Shown piece after piece: positions 49,600-61,563 of a DNA stretch of 64,000 nt. This stretch comes from Oculina patagonica. Lineage: Eukaryota. Within the stretch, counting starts at the first letter, position 1; each line of letters starts with the position of its first letter. Below the pieces are notes generated by a model. That model had not been told where the DNA came from, made no database searches, and worked only from the letters and a program-made list of their open reading frames with translations. The stretch lies in contig NC_135759.1 of assembly GCF_052425735.1 (NCBI RefSeq), forward strand, positions 30,938,001-31,002,000, given 5' to 3'. A program made the position numbers and the translations under genes.

Positions 49600-49950
49600 C
49601 ACCGAAAGACAAGACCCTAAAAAATTTCATTCGGCGAGCGGCAAGACCCTTATAAAAATAGTCATTCACCGAGCTACAAGAACCTTAATATCGTCGTTTG
49701 CTGAGATATAAGGCTCTTAAAATCGTTAATCGCCGAACGGTATGAATCTTAAAACCGACATTCGCCGAACCATAAGAACCTTAACACTTTTAAGATTCTT
49801 AGTTGCCATTCGCCGAAAGGAAAGACCCTTGAAATAACCATTCGCCAAACAGTATAATACCCTATAATTCGCCATTCGCAAAACGGTGACCCTTAATTTA
49901 ATCGCTGTTCTCCGAAAAGAGACTCTTAGAAGCTCCGTTCGTCAAGACCT
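49600..49950 (+). repeat. Degenerate minisatellite, unit of roughly 35-40 bp (CATTCGCCGAA...AAGACCCTTAAAA)
   Basis: About nine imperfect units visible. Confidence 0.75.
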
Positions 49951-51230
49951 TGCAAGATTTACAGTGGAAATAAATAAATTTCTTATAAAAACGTTAAAAG
50001 GGTAAAATGTACTCAAACGCTAAAAATGGTTTTAATAGATGTTAGATAATTTCGTGAAAGTATAGCGACTAGCCAATCGTGTCGACGCAGTACTGAGAAG
50101 ATGCTAATATGAATGACTGTTCGCTTGTCGGTTAAAGATACAGTTGTTATTAGCTAGAACGGGATTCGTCAATTACTTTGAATAAATAATGCAGAATGAA
50201 ATGAAAATACATAAAACTTTCTCGATTAATAAACGACGAACATACAGTTTGATGTTTTGTGATGAGTGAAAGTAATCTCATTATAATTAGTTTTTTAGGT
50301 TGACAGGCTGTTAAAAACTGTTGACGAATTGTTACGCAAATAACTGAACTAATCATAAAAAAACTGATTATTTCCACTGCACAATTAGGTCTCGAAGAAA
50401 TTTCCGCACTGTAAGATCAATGGCTTTAGAAAAGAAGCCCTGAAAGTTCAACATCCATGTAATGTGAGAAAATAACCGTCTTTATGAAAACTGTTGATGT
50501 TTCATCATGTTTTCCTTCCCCTCAATATAAAAGTCGCTCTTTTACTCCCGAGATAACAAATAATCTTAATGTCCATTCTTGCGAGATTAAATAAAAAAAC
50601 CACAGACGGGGGTAACGTGGTTAAACGTGTAAATTGTGTTTTCGTTTTTTTTTTTTCGTTTTTGAAAAACACTTTACACTATGAAGGGAACTGGAAAAAG
50701 CTTTTAATTTCTGATTTTCCACCCGCAGGAAAAGTTCTTTTGACAAGTGTGAATCGTTAGAAGTGCCAATATTAAATTTTAGCTGTCCATGATTTACAAC
50801 TGCCCTGCTAAGTAATAAAAAATTCATGATAAGGACAGGCATGCCAAATAAAAGGCATACATCGCTGCATTCTTATTGGCGGAAGAATAATTTAACACCT
50901 CAATCCAAATGTAAATTTGAGTGACGGATCTGAGAGAACCTACTTTGGGTTATTATTACAAGTGTATGGGACTATGATATACCAGCTGAAATCAATGAGT
51001 ATAGCGTAAACGAACACACTTGAGACAATCGTACAACATTTATGGTTTATTAAGGTAGTTGGTCAAGAGAGAGGACAAGTTTTTCTCGAGCTGACAATTT
51101 TTGATATCATCTTCTTCACAATGTTGTAAACACAGGATGAGATAGTGTGTCAAGAAGTCAAGAAATTGAAGTTTAGATTGGAAAGAAGTCACCTGTAAAT
51201 CGAGTCGCGCGTCACTTGCGAGTCAACAAA

Positions 51231-52076
51231 ATGGCTGAAAACTCCGTTGTTGATGCTTTGATAACAATTTTGTCCGTTTTGGTTGTGCTGGCTAATGTGA
51301 CCATTTTCCTTTTGGTCATCGCCAACAAATCTCTTCGGACATACACCAATGCACTTCTTGTTTCGCTGGCTATATCCGACATTTTACTCGGTGGGGTCCT
51401 TTTCCCGATGATCCTTACGATTCCAGAATCGCTTGCCAGTGGATATGCGATCTCGGTGATCTTGTTGTCAGGAGTGGCTAACCATTGCTGCATCACTTTT
51501 GATCGATTCATCGCTGTTCGCCATCCATTCTCGTATTCGTATCTGACTGAGAAATACTTCAGGAAAATGCTGCTGACGGCCTGGATCGTGGCAATTGCCT
51601 ACTCGCTGCTTCCACTGTGCTGGAACACTGACTACACGCTAACTATTCATCAAGTTTACATCTTTTTCGAGTTAATAGTTTTCATCTTTATTCCCTACCT
51701 CTTCATGTTTGTTGCCTATTACTTGATTTTTAAGAAGCTCCGCGAGCATTTCAAGCTGCTTAGAGAGACGACCGTCTCCATAACTAGACGGGAGGAAGCA
51801 AGGAGGCTTTCCACTGAAGCAAAAGTTGCCAAAGTGTGCCTAATTCTGATCGCTACGTTTGTACTCTGTTGGTTGCCGATCATCTACATGACGTCCGCTA
51901 CGGCGGTTGGTAGATTGGAAATCGTGCCTGCCATTCTACCTACTGTTTCTAAATTTACACTGGCTTTGTCGTCACTAATAAACCCTCTACTGTACTCATT
52001 TAAGAAAGAAGACTTCAGGAGTGCCATGAAAAAGGTTTTTACCCGAAATGTGAACGGACAGATTCACCCGACGTAA
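51231..52076 (+). CDS. Orphan class A GPCR, paralog 5, about 281 aa
   Basis: SLAISD, DRF, CWLP, NPLLY, DFR motifs. ATG at 51231 in AAAATGG context; the ORF track starts at TTG 51216. Confidence 0.95.
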   Translation: MAENSVVDALITILSVLVVLANVTIFLLVIANKSLRTYTNALLVSLAISDILLGGVLFPMILTIPESLASGYAISVILLSGVANHCCITFDRFIAVRHPFSYSYLTEKYFRKMLLTAWIVAIAYSLLPLCWNTDYTLTIHQVYIFFELIVFIFIPYLFMFVAYYLIFKKLREHFKLLRETTVSITRREEARRLSTEAKVAKVCLILIATFVLCWLPIIYMTSATAVGRLEIVPAILPTVSKFTLALSSLINPLLYSFKKEDFRSAMKKVFTRNVNGQIHPT

Positions 52077-55000
52077 AGGAATGATGTACAGACCGTACAG
52101 GAAGTAAACATGACTTGTGGTACAGGTGTACAGTAAAGAAGAGTCCTGCAGTGAAATTTACGGGACTCTGAATCAAGTGTTTATTTTTCGTATTCGAAGG
52201 CAAAACAGTTTATTTCTTCGACACTTTTTTTAGCTGTTGTTTCCTGATTCAAATTGTCGAACGTTTATTATACCTTTAGTGGGTAAAGGTGATAATGCCA
52301 TACATAATTTTTGTGGCTGGCCGCACGGACATCAAATGAATGAATAAATCAATTAATCATTTAACCAAAACAAAACGAAATGATTAATGTGTATAAGAAA
52401 CAAATTGCTTTTTTCCTTTAATTATTTTATTTGACTGAAAAGAAAACAATGAAAACAGACATAGCGGAGGGTTATTCATTCACCGAAAAAAGCTTATTTA
52501 TTATCTTCCACCAACAAACCTAAGACACTAAATTTGGTCCTTCCTTTTTTGTATTAATTTTAAAAACTTCTTTCCATAAAGTTCGACATTGTACCCATAA
52601 ACTTCTGTGCTTTTTTTCGGAAGCAGAAACTACAACCGTGTTTGCAAAAGCTATTTCATAGTAAGAAGTTGTCTAGTAAGTAAGTAAAGGAATTATAGAT
52701 CGTATTATTATGTTAGCAACTTCGTATTCAGTAAGCTATAGATTTAGTAGAGTAATTGAAGGGTAGTTAAAATTTTGTGTATAATGTCTTAATTTGTTTT
52801 GTAAATTCTTACAACTTTATTTGAAATGTAATGTAAAATTTTAGTTTTCTACTTGAAGTGTAAAGCAGTGTAACGTAACGTATTTTGAAGTGTAATATAA
52901 TGTGATGTGATGCAATGTAAATAAATTTAATTAAAAAAAGCGATGGCCCGATGGTTTTTCCACTAAGACTTTTAGAAATAACAACTAATCTACGATGTTT
53001 TTTTGACAACATGGTGGTCATTAGTTAACCTCCGCCTGAGGTAAATCTTTAGGGTTAGAATGGAGATAAAGTGGAGGAATGAGGACAAGTAGAAGATGGG
53101 ACTGGTGAAGAGCTTTTTTAACAGAATAAATTATGAAAGTTGTCAATTACCGGCATCTTTTGCTTTGCCATCCAATCCTTTTCCCCAGTCCCCCTTTTTC
53201 TGAGAGGTTGGATGTGGGTAACCGAAGGCCTGTTCTTAGAAATTTATTTTGTGTGTTTTACTTGGTAAATGAGTTTTGTTTCCTCTCTGGTATTAGGTAT
53301 CATTGGCTATGGGGCCATTTTAGTTGTTTCAAAGTAAATTTGTGACTTTTGCCTTGTATTTTAACCGTTTTGCACGCCTTCTCAAGGGAATCAGATGATT
53401 TATATAGACCACTCGATATTCATATAGCAAAGGCTAAAGACCGGTAAAATTAACATTTAACCTTGTAGCTACAAGATCATACAAGTTAAGAAGATAATAA
53501 ACTAATTTTAAGGCAAATCACTGGCGGTAAATTGGTGCGTAGGTTTTATTTTTTTCGAGCTAAACGGATAAAAAAGGTAAATAGACTTCCCTTATCCGAC
53601 GGTATAATGCTCTTTGCACACTAATGTTTTTTTAAGATATGACAGTTGCCCTGCCCTTAGTTCCACGACCACCATAACTAATCTTTTATGAGCTCAAAAA
53701 ATGGCAGTATTAAGCAGAAAAAATATAAAACTTGAATATTACATACATTTAGGTATAAGGCGAAACTACAATAAATGAGCCTGGATGCAAAATGAACCGC
53801 TAGTCTCCAGCCTTGCTGTGTGTATTTGCAATAGGAGTAAAAAAAAAAAAGAAAGAAAGGATCGCTTAGTTGTTAAGGGCAGAAGAAAAGAATGAGTCTG
53901 GCATTATTTGGAGTATTGTTCTGACAGTAAATAATGTTTTATTTTCCTACTCATTGTCTTTCAGCAGTTAGTAAAATTTGTGCTTAAAGCATTGTTATAA
54001 TTGCTTTTTTTATCTTCTTCAGAGTATTTGCTCTGGGTAATTGTATTACATCAATTGTAAGTCGGACAACCATTCCAATTCAAAGAAAGTGGCACCCGTT
54101 TGAATAATTTATATAATTTATATTTTTGTATGTAAAGTCCTTTTCATATTTAAGAATATCAGATCAAACGATGGAAAGAGGCGCCCTTTTTTCAGCTTGA
54201 TGCGGTAAATTTCCTATGTAAACCCTCTTCATGCATATTAGGGATATCAGATCAAATGTACATAGCCGGTGCTATTGATGTTTTTTTTTACAGTGGCGAA
54301 AAGCCTATCGTGTTAAAGGTAGGCTTAAAAGCATGTGGCCATTATCTTAAAATATGCAATATGTTATGTACAGAAGACGAGATTTACAGAAAGGCAAAAT
54401 CCTAAAAGCATTATCCAGCTTTCATTTGCCTAAGGTTTTGCGGCATTATAAGCGCCGTCATCGATCACCGTTGACGCCAATTCACAAAAATACTATAGCA
54501 AGGTAATATAAGGATTAGCACTCGGTAAGCAATGTGATTCCAGTTTAGATAAAAAAAATTACGTTGAAGTATATTAAAAAATATAACTCACACCTTGCTC
54601 TTAATAGTGATATAACGAAAACCTCGTAATTTTCCAGAATTTATTGGCAATAGAAAGACAATTTAATTCCCAACTTTCACTTCGCTGCATTCAATTAGCG
54701 GACGAAACCCCATTTAGAGAAACCGTGTTTAATAAGTCGTCAGTAAAGAAATATTCCAATTTGTCCATAAAATTTGTTATCAGATCTCGTTTTATCTCGT
54801 TCTTGTGCATTATTCAATTTCTTAATCTCTATATTTCTCATGACGAGATTATTAAATGTCAAAAACAAAAATGTCAAGGACGAACTGAGCCTGTCGCTTA
54901 CAAATAAAAAACAACTAAAAGCGATTTCACTCGCAACTTCCATAATCCCTAACAAAGCAAGGCAAAAAAAATTAATAACTCCGATTTTATGAAATTGAAT

Positions 55001-55534
55001 GAATCATCAATTATTTATCAGTACACTTTTTGAATTTTTCAAAGCAATTGAAAACGATTTATTTATATTTCATGGGAAGTAGAGCTAAACACAAAATGAC
55101 CGTACACCAAACGTTAAAGAATAAATTTATTCTTTGAGAGCAAAACAAGTGTTGCTTTCTTTCTTCCTTGCAAATATGGCAAAAAATATCAAATAACAGT
55201 TCAATGAAGGATTGACGTTCAAGGTGACAGTCATTTGCCCGGAGGCAGGAAATGAAAATAGAGTATTCCGGAAAATCAAATATGAAGCAAAAGCCTATCA
55301 GGCTCCAACCTCAGCATTTAACTTGTAAATGTGTTGAGATTTCTATCACTCATTTCCTCACCCACGTCAACAAGAAAATTAACATTTGTTTAGCATTTCT
55401 ATAGATCTTATTAGATTTCAGTCATGATCAGAGACACCCAGTTTTCAATATAACAAAGGTGGGAATAAACAGCACAGCGAGTTAAACAGCTTGATCAAGA
55501 AGAACTATTTCTTCAGTATTTTTGAAGGTCCAAT

Positions 55535-56452
55535 ATGCGCGACGTTTCTTGGAGTTTTGTCATTCTAAGCTGTATAGCGGTGTTCATAGTAGCAACTAAC
55601 GCCATCGTCTGTGTGTTTGTTGTGACAAACGTTCGACTCCGCACTTTCACCAATGGATTTCTTGTATCTCTGGCCGTGTCTGATATTCTCACCGGTGGGC
55701 TCTTGTTTCCTGTTCACCTAAGTGGACCAGATTCTGCTGTAGCCTCTTCGGAAGGCTACTTGATTGCATTCGTGCTTCTGTCTGGAGTTGGTAACATTTG
55801 TTTGGTCACATGGGATCGCTATATCGCTGTCGCCAAACCGTTTAAGTACAAGAAAATAGTACAATGCCACTTTACAAAGCTAATAATTGTAACTTGGGCA
55901 ACTGCATTAGTTGTATCCCTTTTACCCCTGACATGGCAGACAGATTCTAATGTTGTAATCCACAAGGTGTATCTTTTTTGCCTGATGGGATTCTTTATTG
56001 TTATCCCGTACGCTGCAGTTTTTTATGCTTATTATCAGATCAGTCAGCATCTCAAAAAACACCGCCAAAAACTTCGAAGACATTCCACCACTAAGGCTCT
56101 TTCATCAAGAAAAATGAAAGCAGAGGCAAAAGTCACCAAGGTGTTTCTCGCTATTGTAATAATATTTGTGTTGTCGTGGTTGCCTATTCTTTATATGACA
56201 ACAGTTACAAGTGTAAATAGGCCAGACCTATCTCCGGTCGCTCTTCAAAAGGTGTCCCTTATTACGGTGGCTCTTTCTTCCTTGGTAAATCCTTTGCTGT
56301 ATGCCTTTATGAAGGAAGACTTTCGGCAGGAATTTAAAAAAGTGGCATCGCGCCAAAGGCGATCTTCTGTGTCTGCAAGTGCCATCGAACTGAAAACCTC
56401 AACGGCAGCATGTATAACTGAAACGTCCCGTAAATATCTACAACTTCCTTAA
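55535..56452 (+). CDS. Orphan class A GPCR, paralog 6, 305 aa
   Basis: SLAVSD, DRY, SWLP, NPLLY, DFR motifs. ATG start. Confidence 0.95.
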   Translation: MRDVSWSFVILSCIAVFIVATNAIVCVFVVTNVRLRTFTNGFLVSLAVSDILTGGLLFPVHLSGPDSAVASSEGYLIAFVLLSGVGNICLVTWDRYIAVAKPFKYKKIVQCHFTKLIIVTWATALVVSLLPLTWQTDSNVVIHKVYLFCLMGFFIVIPYAAVFYAYYQISQHLKKHRQKLRRHSTTKALSSRKMKAEAKVTKVFLAIVIIFVLSWLPILYMTTVTSVNRPDLSPVALQKVSLITVALSSLVNPLLYAFMKEDFRQEFKKVASRQRRSSVSASAIELKTSTAACITETSRKYLQLP

Positions 56453-57476
56453 AATATTGCTTCCCATAGATTTACATGGCTGATAACAGAAAATGTAACA
56501 TGTTAAAGAAAAGCCTGATACTAGGCTAGTGTCAGAATCTGCGGTAAAGACTGAAAGCAACTTGGCAGAACATAGCACTGAGTGCCTCCACCTGCTCAAT
56601 CAGAACTGCTCGTCAACTGATGTTGACAGAAATGCTGTGCGGAGAAAAGGAAGCCATTTACTTTTTTTTAGTGATGCATAAGGGAAGTCAGCAAAGGGAG
56701 ATTGGTCTACACTCATCCACTCTTTTGGAAAGCCTGTTTGCTGGTAAACATCTCTAGCACCCCGAGATCTCATGGAACTGACCATTGTTCGAATGTTTTT
56801 CATAACCCACTTACGTACTTGAACAACAAGAAACAGGCTCAGCGAAATTTCACCCGTCTAGCTAGTAACTTCTGCCCTCCAGGACCCGAGCACAACCGCA
56901 TTGATTTCAAGGTTAAGACCAAACTGAAGAATTCCTTGGTCGGAACAAAACTGAATTTAACTTTTGTAATACTAACTTACATTAATTCCCAGTAGCTCTC
57001 TTTACCTTCTCACAACAAATTCAGAAAGACGGGCAATGCGAACGATATACCTTTTCATTTTCTCGAAAATGTAAGATGCTCTAGACGACAAAAAATATTT
57101 TATGGAGTGAAAGCTTTCCATAGAATTCCATTGTTGAGCCGAAGATTTCCGAATATTAGCCGAGCAGTTCCGAAATTTGTTTCAACGCTTTCGCAAGGCA
57201 AACAAATATTCCCGATAGCCTTTCAAAGATCAACAAGTAATTGCAAGTTTCCTTGTTTAATTAAGCTAAATGCCATTTGCATTTTTTAAATTTGCACATT
57301 TCCTCTTCCTTGTACGTCTAGTCTCCACCGCAAACGTCCCTCTGGCGCGTGACAAGCCAATGCGAAGGAACGTGACAGAAACTGTGGTTCTTCCTTAAAG
57401 CTCCAATTTATCTTACAAGAGTCTAAACTGGTGAACACCAAAGAACAACCTGTAAATGATTGCACTGTTTTTTTTT

Positions 57477-58088
57477 TCAACGCTTGCGAAGAAAAAACCA
57501 TTCATTAATGGATTTGTCTTCAGGATGTGACAGACTTGTCATCACCTCAAACCCATAGTTAGTAATTTCTTGCAGTATTGCTGTAGTAGAAGAGTCCGCC
57601 TGTTCCTTGTCAAAGGAAAACACAAGAGGACTACAAATACAGTCGTGTCCTTGAAAAATCTCCTGCAATATATGTTTTTCAGCAAACACTGACAACAGAG
57701 TTTCCAATCCGTGTTTGTCCCTGTCTAGCGTTAAGCGAATCACTTGATTTCTTGCCACAGTTCTTTTCAATTTGATTTCGTTCAGGGCGTCAATAAGTCG
57801 AGGAATTTGATAGAAATCAGCCTCTTCAGTGAGTTGATCAAACTCTTGGAAATTGTCAGGTAAATTTAACTTGGATGAGCGCAGGAAATTTAACACATAT
57901 CGAAACATAGGTCCGTCACGATCAATGAAAACATTTCCTCGGGCGTCCTTCGCCACCGGCCGCCGGCCGCTAAACATGACCCCCAACATGGAGTCTGGAA
58001 ACCTCGTGAGGCTGGCAAGTGATGTGGTATAAACGTTGCCACCGACGTTTACGTCGATTATGGATGGAAAATCTTGAACTTTATCCAT
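57477..58088 (-). CDS. KCTD-family BTB/POZ (T1) protein, KCTD6/11/21-like BTB, about 203 aa
   Basis: NVGG.VYTTSL.SLTRFPDSMLG.MF, FIDRDGPMFRYVLNFLR and EADFYQI are KCTD BTB signatures. The C-terminal GFEV...EWFFLRK resembles KCTD C-terminal domains. ATG at 58088; acceptor AG at 58101-58100; probable 5' UTR exon ending near 58484 (AAG|GTAAGC). Confidence 0.93.
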   Translation of the reverse strand: MDKVQDFPSIIDVNVGGNVYTTSLASLTRFPDSMLGVMFSGRRPVAKDARGNVFIDRDGPMFRYVLNFLRSSKLNLPDNFQEFDQLTEEADFYQIPRLIDALNEIKLKRTVARNQVIRLTLDRDKHGLETLLSVFAEKHILQEIFQGHDCICSPLVFSFDKEQADSSTTAILQEITNYGFEVMTSLSHPEDKSINEWFFLRKR

Positions 58089-58637
58089 TTCTTCTAGCAC
58101 TGTGAAGTCGCAAAAATAGAAGAGCCGACGTTATTGTTCGTTTGACAAGAGCAATTTCAATATAGCCACAATGTAAATTATTTTATCAGATTTTATGTAC
58201 CGGCATCTCGTGGGTTGCTAGTTATTTGACAGACAATGGCATCCACAGTACACCGATCACTAGACAATCGCTGAGCTCAATTTCATAAAGAGAGATATGG
58301 TGAAAAACTACAATATTCAGTAGTATGTATATACAATGTATTAGCTGCGAAAGTGCCATTATGTGAACATCTCTGAACAAACGTGAAGAGATCTTCGGCT
58401 TATAAGTTTACTTGTAGCTCATTTATAGCTTAGAAAATTGAGCTGACATAATACAGGCGTATAAGGCGAATAAATAAGCTTACCTTAACATATGAACAAA
58501 GTGAAACAGCAGTCTCGGCCTTCAACAAATATGGCGCGCGGCGGCGTGTGACAATCCCTTCATGAGAAACAGTCATGAAAGCAATGTTTCTGTTGAGTCA
58601 TGCGCATTTGTCACGCCAGCGATCTCCTGACCAGTCA

Positions 58638-58668
58638 CATAATACACAATACACAATACACAATACAA
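58638..58668 (+). repeat. (CAATACA)n short tandem repeat upstream of the first KCTD gene
   Basis: Read directly from the sequence. Confidence 0.8.
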
Positions 58669-58778
58669 CTTCCACGTGGCATAAATTCTTGCTAAGAATC
58701 TGAAAAATCTGGCTTAGAATTACTGTATACAATATAAAGGTGATTATGTAAAGCTAGGTTGAAATTTTAACAAAATAA

Positions 58779-60699
58779 GGGACTGGTCAATAAGTACCAG
58801 GGGGGGTGGGCCGGTGTTGGTTTTGAAACGTGACGTTTACTCTACTTCTTATCACAGGAACTTACTTTAATTTAAATGTTATCGAATTATCCTTTCTATC
58901 ATACCGCGTGTTACTTATTTTATTTACTGTGGTAGACCAGCCCTAGGCTGCTATGTCCGATGTAGGAAAATCGTCATAACCGCAGGTTTTGCGCACGTGT
59001 TTCTCGGTTAGATAAATCCGTAAGAATTTCTAAGTTAGATCAGTTCTAGTGTAGACTTCACTGCGTCAACATCTACTCGGCATTGGGCCATAGATTTCTC
59101 TCTACACTCGTGGTTACCTACTCTATCAAGTCTAATTCAGTGCGTGTGCAAACCAAAGTAAGTTATCTATTCCTTATTTTTAGGCTTATCCTTAGTTTTC
59201 CTTGTTATTTGTTTTGCGTTAAGTTTCGTTTTTCTCGACTATTAGGATAGCTTCTATACCGTTTATATCGAGTTAGTTTAGTTGGCATATTATACTCGAA
59301 CCATTAAGAAACTATCTCGCTAGGCTAAGTTTTATCTTATTATAAGGTTAATTGTCATAAACTCCTATCCAAAATTAGCCGTCATATAAGACTTTATCGT
59401 TTGTTAGCTTTCTATAAGATTAGTATATGCGCAGATTATGTTACGTTTCTTCATTCGGACGTTATTGTGAATGTTAGCTATAATTATATATCTCGCGAAT
59501 TGTTTAGCTTGTATGCTTAGATTTATTAGTCACGTTAGTTCTATTCCGCTATTATATTTCAGTTCGAACCGACATACGGTTTACGGCAATCATTTCAACA
59601 ACACTAGCACGTGGTTTGAATCAATCATCTTTGTATCGCTCTCAATTTGAACCTGTATGGAACATTGAACTCTGTCAATTAAACTCTGTTATTGTCGTAG
59701 TCAGAATTTCTTGTCGAGTTCGTTTACGTCACGCACTTCTCTACCCCGTGTGATTTACTTGGATTTTTGGTTTGGCATTCTGTCCTTGTGAATTACAGCC
59801 GGAGCAATTGGAAAAGTGGTGGCTCAAAAATTTGTGACCCACCCCTTCCTTCTGGCTCAAAGCTGACTGACCCACCCCTGATAGGGGGTTGAAAATTACA
59901 CGACCCACCCCCTTTGCTTAAAAAATTCAAGGGACCAATCATTATTTCTTTATCATCTGATAGGGTTAAGAGGTTTTTGATTAAACTTCAGCTTTTAAAG
60001 TGGAATTCCCTACATAGATATTTCCCTGATGGACACTGCTGTTCCATGTACATCTTTTTTCATTTCTTAACACACCAAAGAAGGTTAAATTTATCACTTC
60101 TTATACTAGCCTTTTGTAAGTTTTTTCACATATTTTCACTGTGTAATGTCCATGAGGAAATTTGGACACAAACATATGCAAAAAACTGAATCAGTATGTA
60201 ATATTAATTCATAATCAATTATTGAAGAGTTCATATTTTTATACATAAATTAATAACAGAAACTACAATCATTGTCCATCATTCATATTTGCAAAGTGTT
60301 TGACTAAAGAGTTTACTGGTATTAAAAGGCCTAAAGCCCAGCGTGAATCTATGCATGTTGAAGAGAGACAGGTAAAACTGATGTTATGATCACAAGCCAT
60401 CTAGGGGGGTCAGGGGGCATGCTTCCCCGGGAAATGTTTTGTATTTGGGCCTTCTGAAATCGCTAGAAATTCATTTAAAACTGCTCACATGGAGAAATTT
60501 ACAATTTTATATACTGATGAATACAACTTTTCTTGGAACAATGGTAGTTCAAAGTCAGTGAATAAATATGATGACCCACCCCTACCTGTAGATCAAAATT
60601 ACATAACCCACCCCTTTTTGAGGGCTCAAAAACTGATGACCCACCCCCTTTCTGCTCCGGCCCAACCCCCCCCCCCCCCTGTACTTATTGACCAGTCCC
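58779..60699. mobile_element. Non-autonomous TIR element (PIF/Harbinger-like, TAA TSD), interrupted by the solo LTR
   Basis: TIR GGGACTGGTCAATAAGTAC / GTACTTATTGACCAGTCCC with TAA on both sides; internal TGACCCACCCC repeats. Confidence 0.85.
58815..59797. mobile_element. Solo LTR (about 983 bp) nested in a MITE
   Basis: TGT...ACA termini flanked by an exact 5-bp duplication GCCGG (58810-58814 and 59798-59802). No coding remnant seen. Confidence 0.8.
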
Positions 60700-60702
60700 T
60701 AA

Positions 60703-60900
60703 AGCCTGGTTTTCACTAGCGACGCATGCACAAGCGCGATCACGCAAAAAGGACAAATTTTGACCCTTGTGCTTGTGCGACAAGCACAAGCATCCAAATG
60801 CAATGCGCTTGTGCTTTTGCTTAAGTCGAAGCATTTTTCACGGAGAAATAAGAGCTGTTATCCTTGCGCTTGTGCTTGCGTTGCTAGTGAAAACCAGGCT
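60703..60900. mobile_element. MITE with TAA TSD, abutting the previous element
   Basis: TIR AGCCTGGTTTTCACTAGC / GCTAGTGAAAACCAGGCT; TAA at 60700-60702 and 60901-60903. Confidence 0.85.
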
Positions 60901-61263
60901 TAATGCATTGTGATCATAGTACGCGCGCTTCATGAATTGTAAAAAACTTCCCGAGGCTAAGTGCTTTATATTTTGAGATACGTTTCTCCGTAACTTTGGG
61001 CCCGGTTTTTTTTGTTGAATGATTCCCACATGACACCACATTTCTGTCTTAAAGCGTGGAATTACAAAGTCACAGCTTCCTAAATTAAAGCTACTCTTGT
61101 ACCGAGCGCATATTCTTTTTAACTTTAAACATCACTATCACAAGCTGTGGTGAACTCGCTTGTCGAATTAAAGCAATTAAACGAACAGTTATAGGATATG
61201 AGTCAATTTCTGCCAAAACGGGAAAGCTTCCTTATGTGGCAGGAGAAAGGAACAGGACTTTGT

Positions 61264-61563
61264 GGGAAGGCGGTGGCCTAATGGTTAGTGTGCTGGACTC
61301 CGTATCGAGCAGTCTGGGTTCTAGCCCTGGCCGGGGCACTGCGTTGTACTGTATTCGTGGGCAATGCATTTAACTCACATAGTGCCTCTCTCCACCCAGG
61401 TGTAGAAATGGTTACAGGCGAATTTGCTGCTTGGGTTAACCCTGCGATCGACTAGCATCCCATCCAGAAGAAAGAAGAAACACTTTTGGTCGCTTCATGC
61501 TGCGGAAAACGGGATAAGCTCCGGCCTGATGGGCCACTTGGCTCTATTGCAGACGTAACCTTT
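61264..61563 (+). mobile_element. tRNA-derived SINE, near full length
   Basis: A-box-like TGGCCTAATGG and B-box-like GGTTCTAGCCC head, followed by a non-tRNA body (CTCTCCACCCAGGTGTA...AACCCTGCGAT...GGGCCACTTGGCTC). Confidence 0.8.

Noticed and set aside
49600-49950. Periodic repeats of about 37 bp that resemble a CRISPR array
   Set aside because: Units are degenerate along their whole length, with no invariant repeat and unique spacers. No cas genes are present and the context is eukaryotic.
9643-56452. Calling the GPCRs amine receptors, opsins or named orthologs
   Set aside because: No Asp3.32, no Lys7.43 and no C3.25 disulfide. No ortholog is recognisable, so no gene symbol is given.
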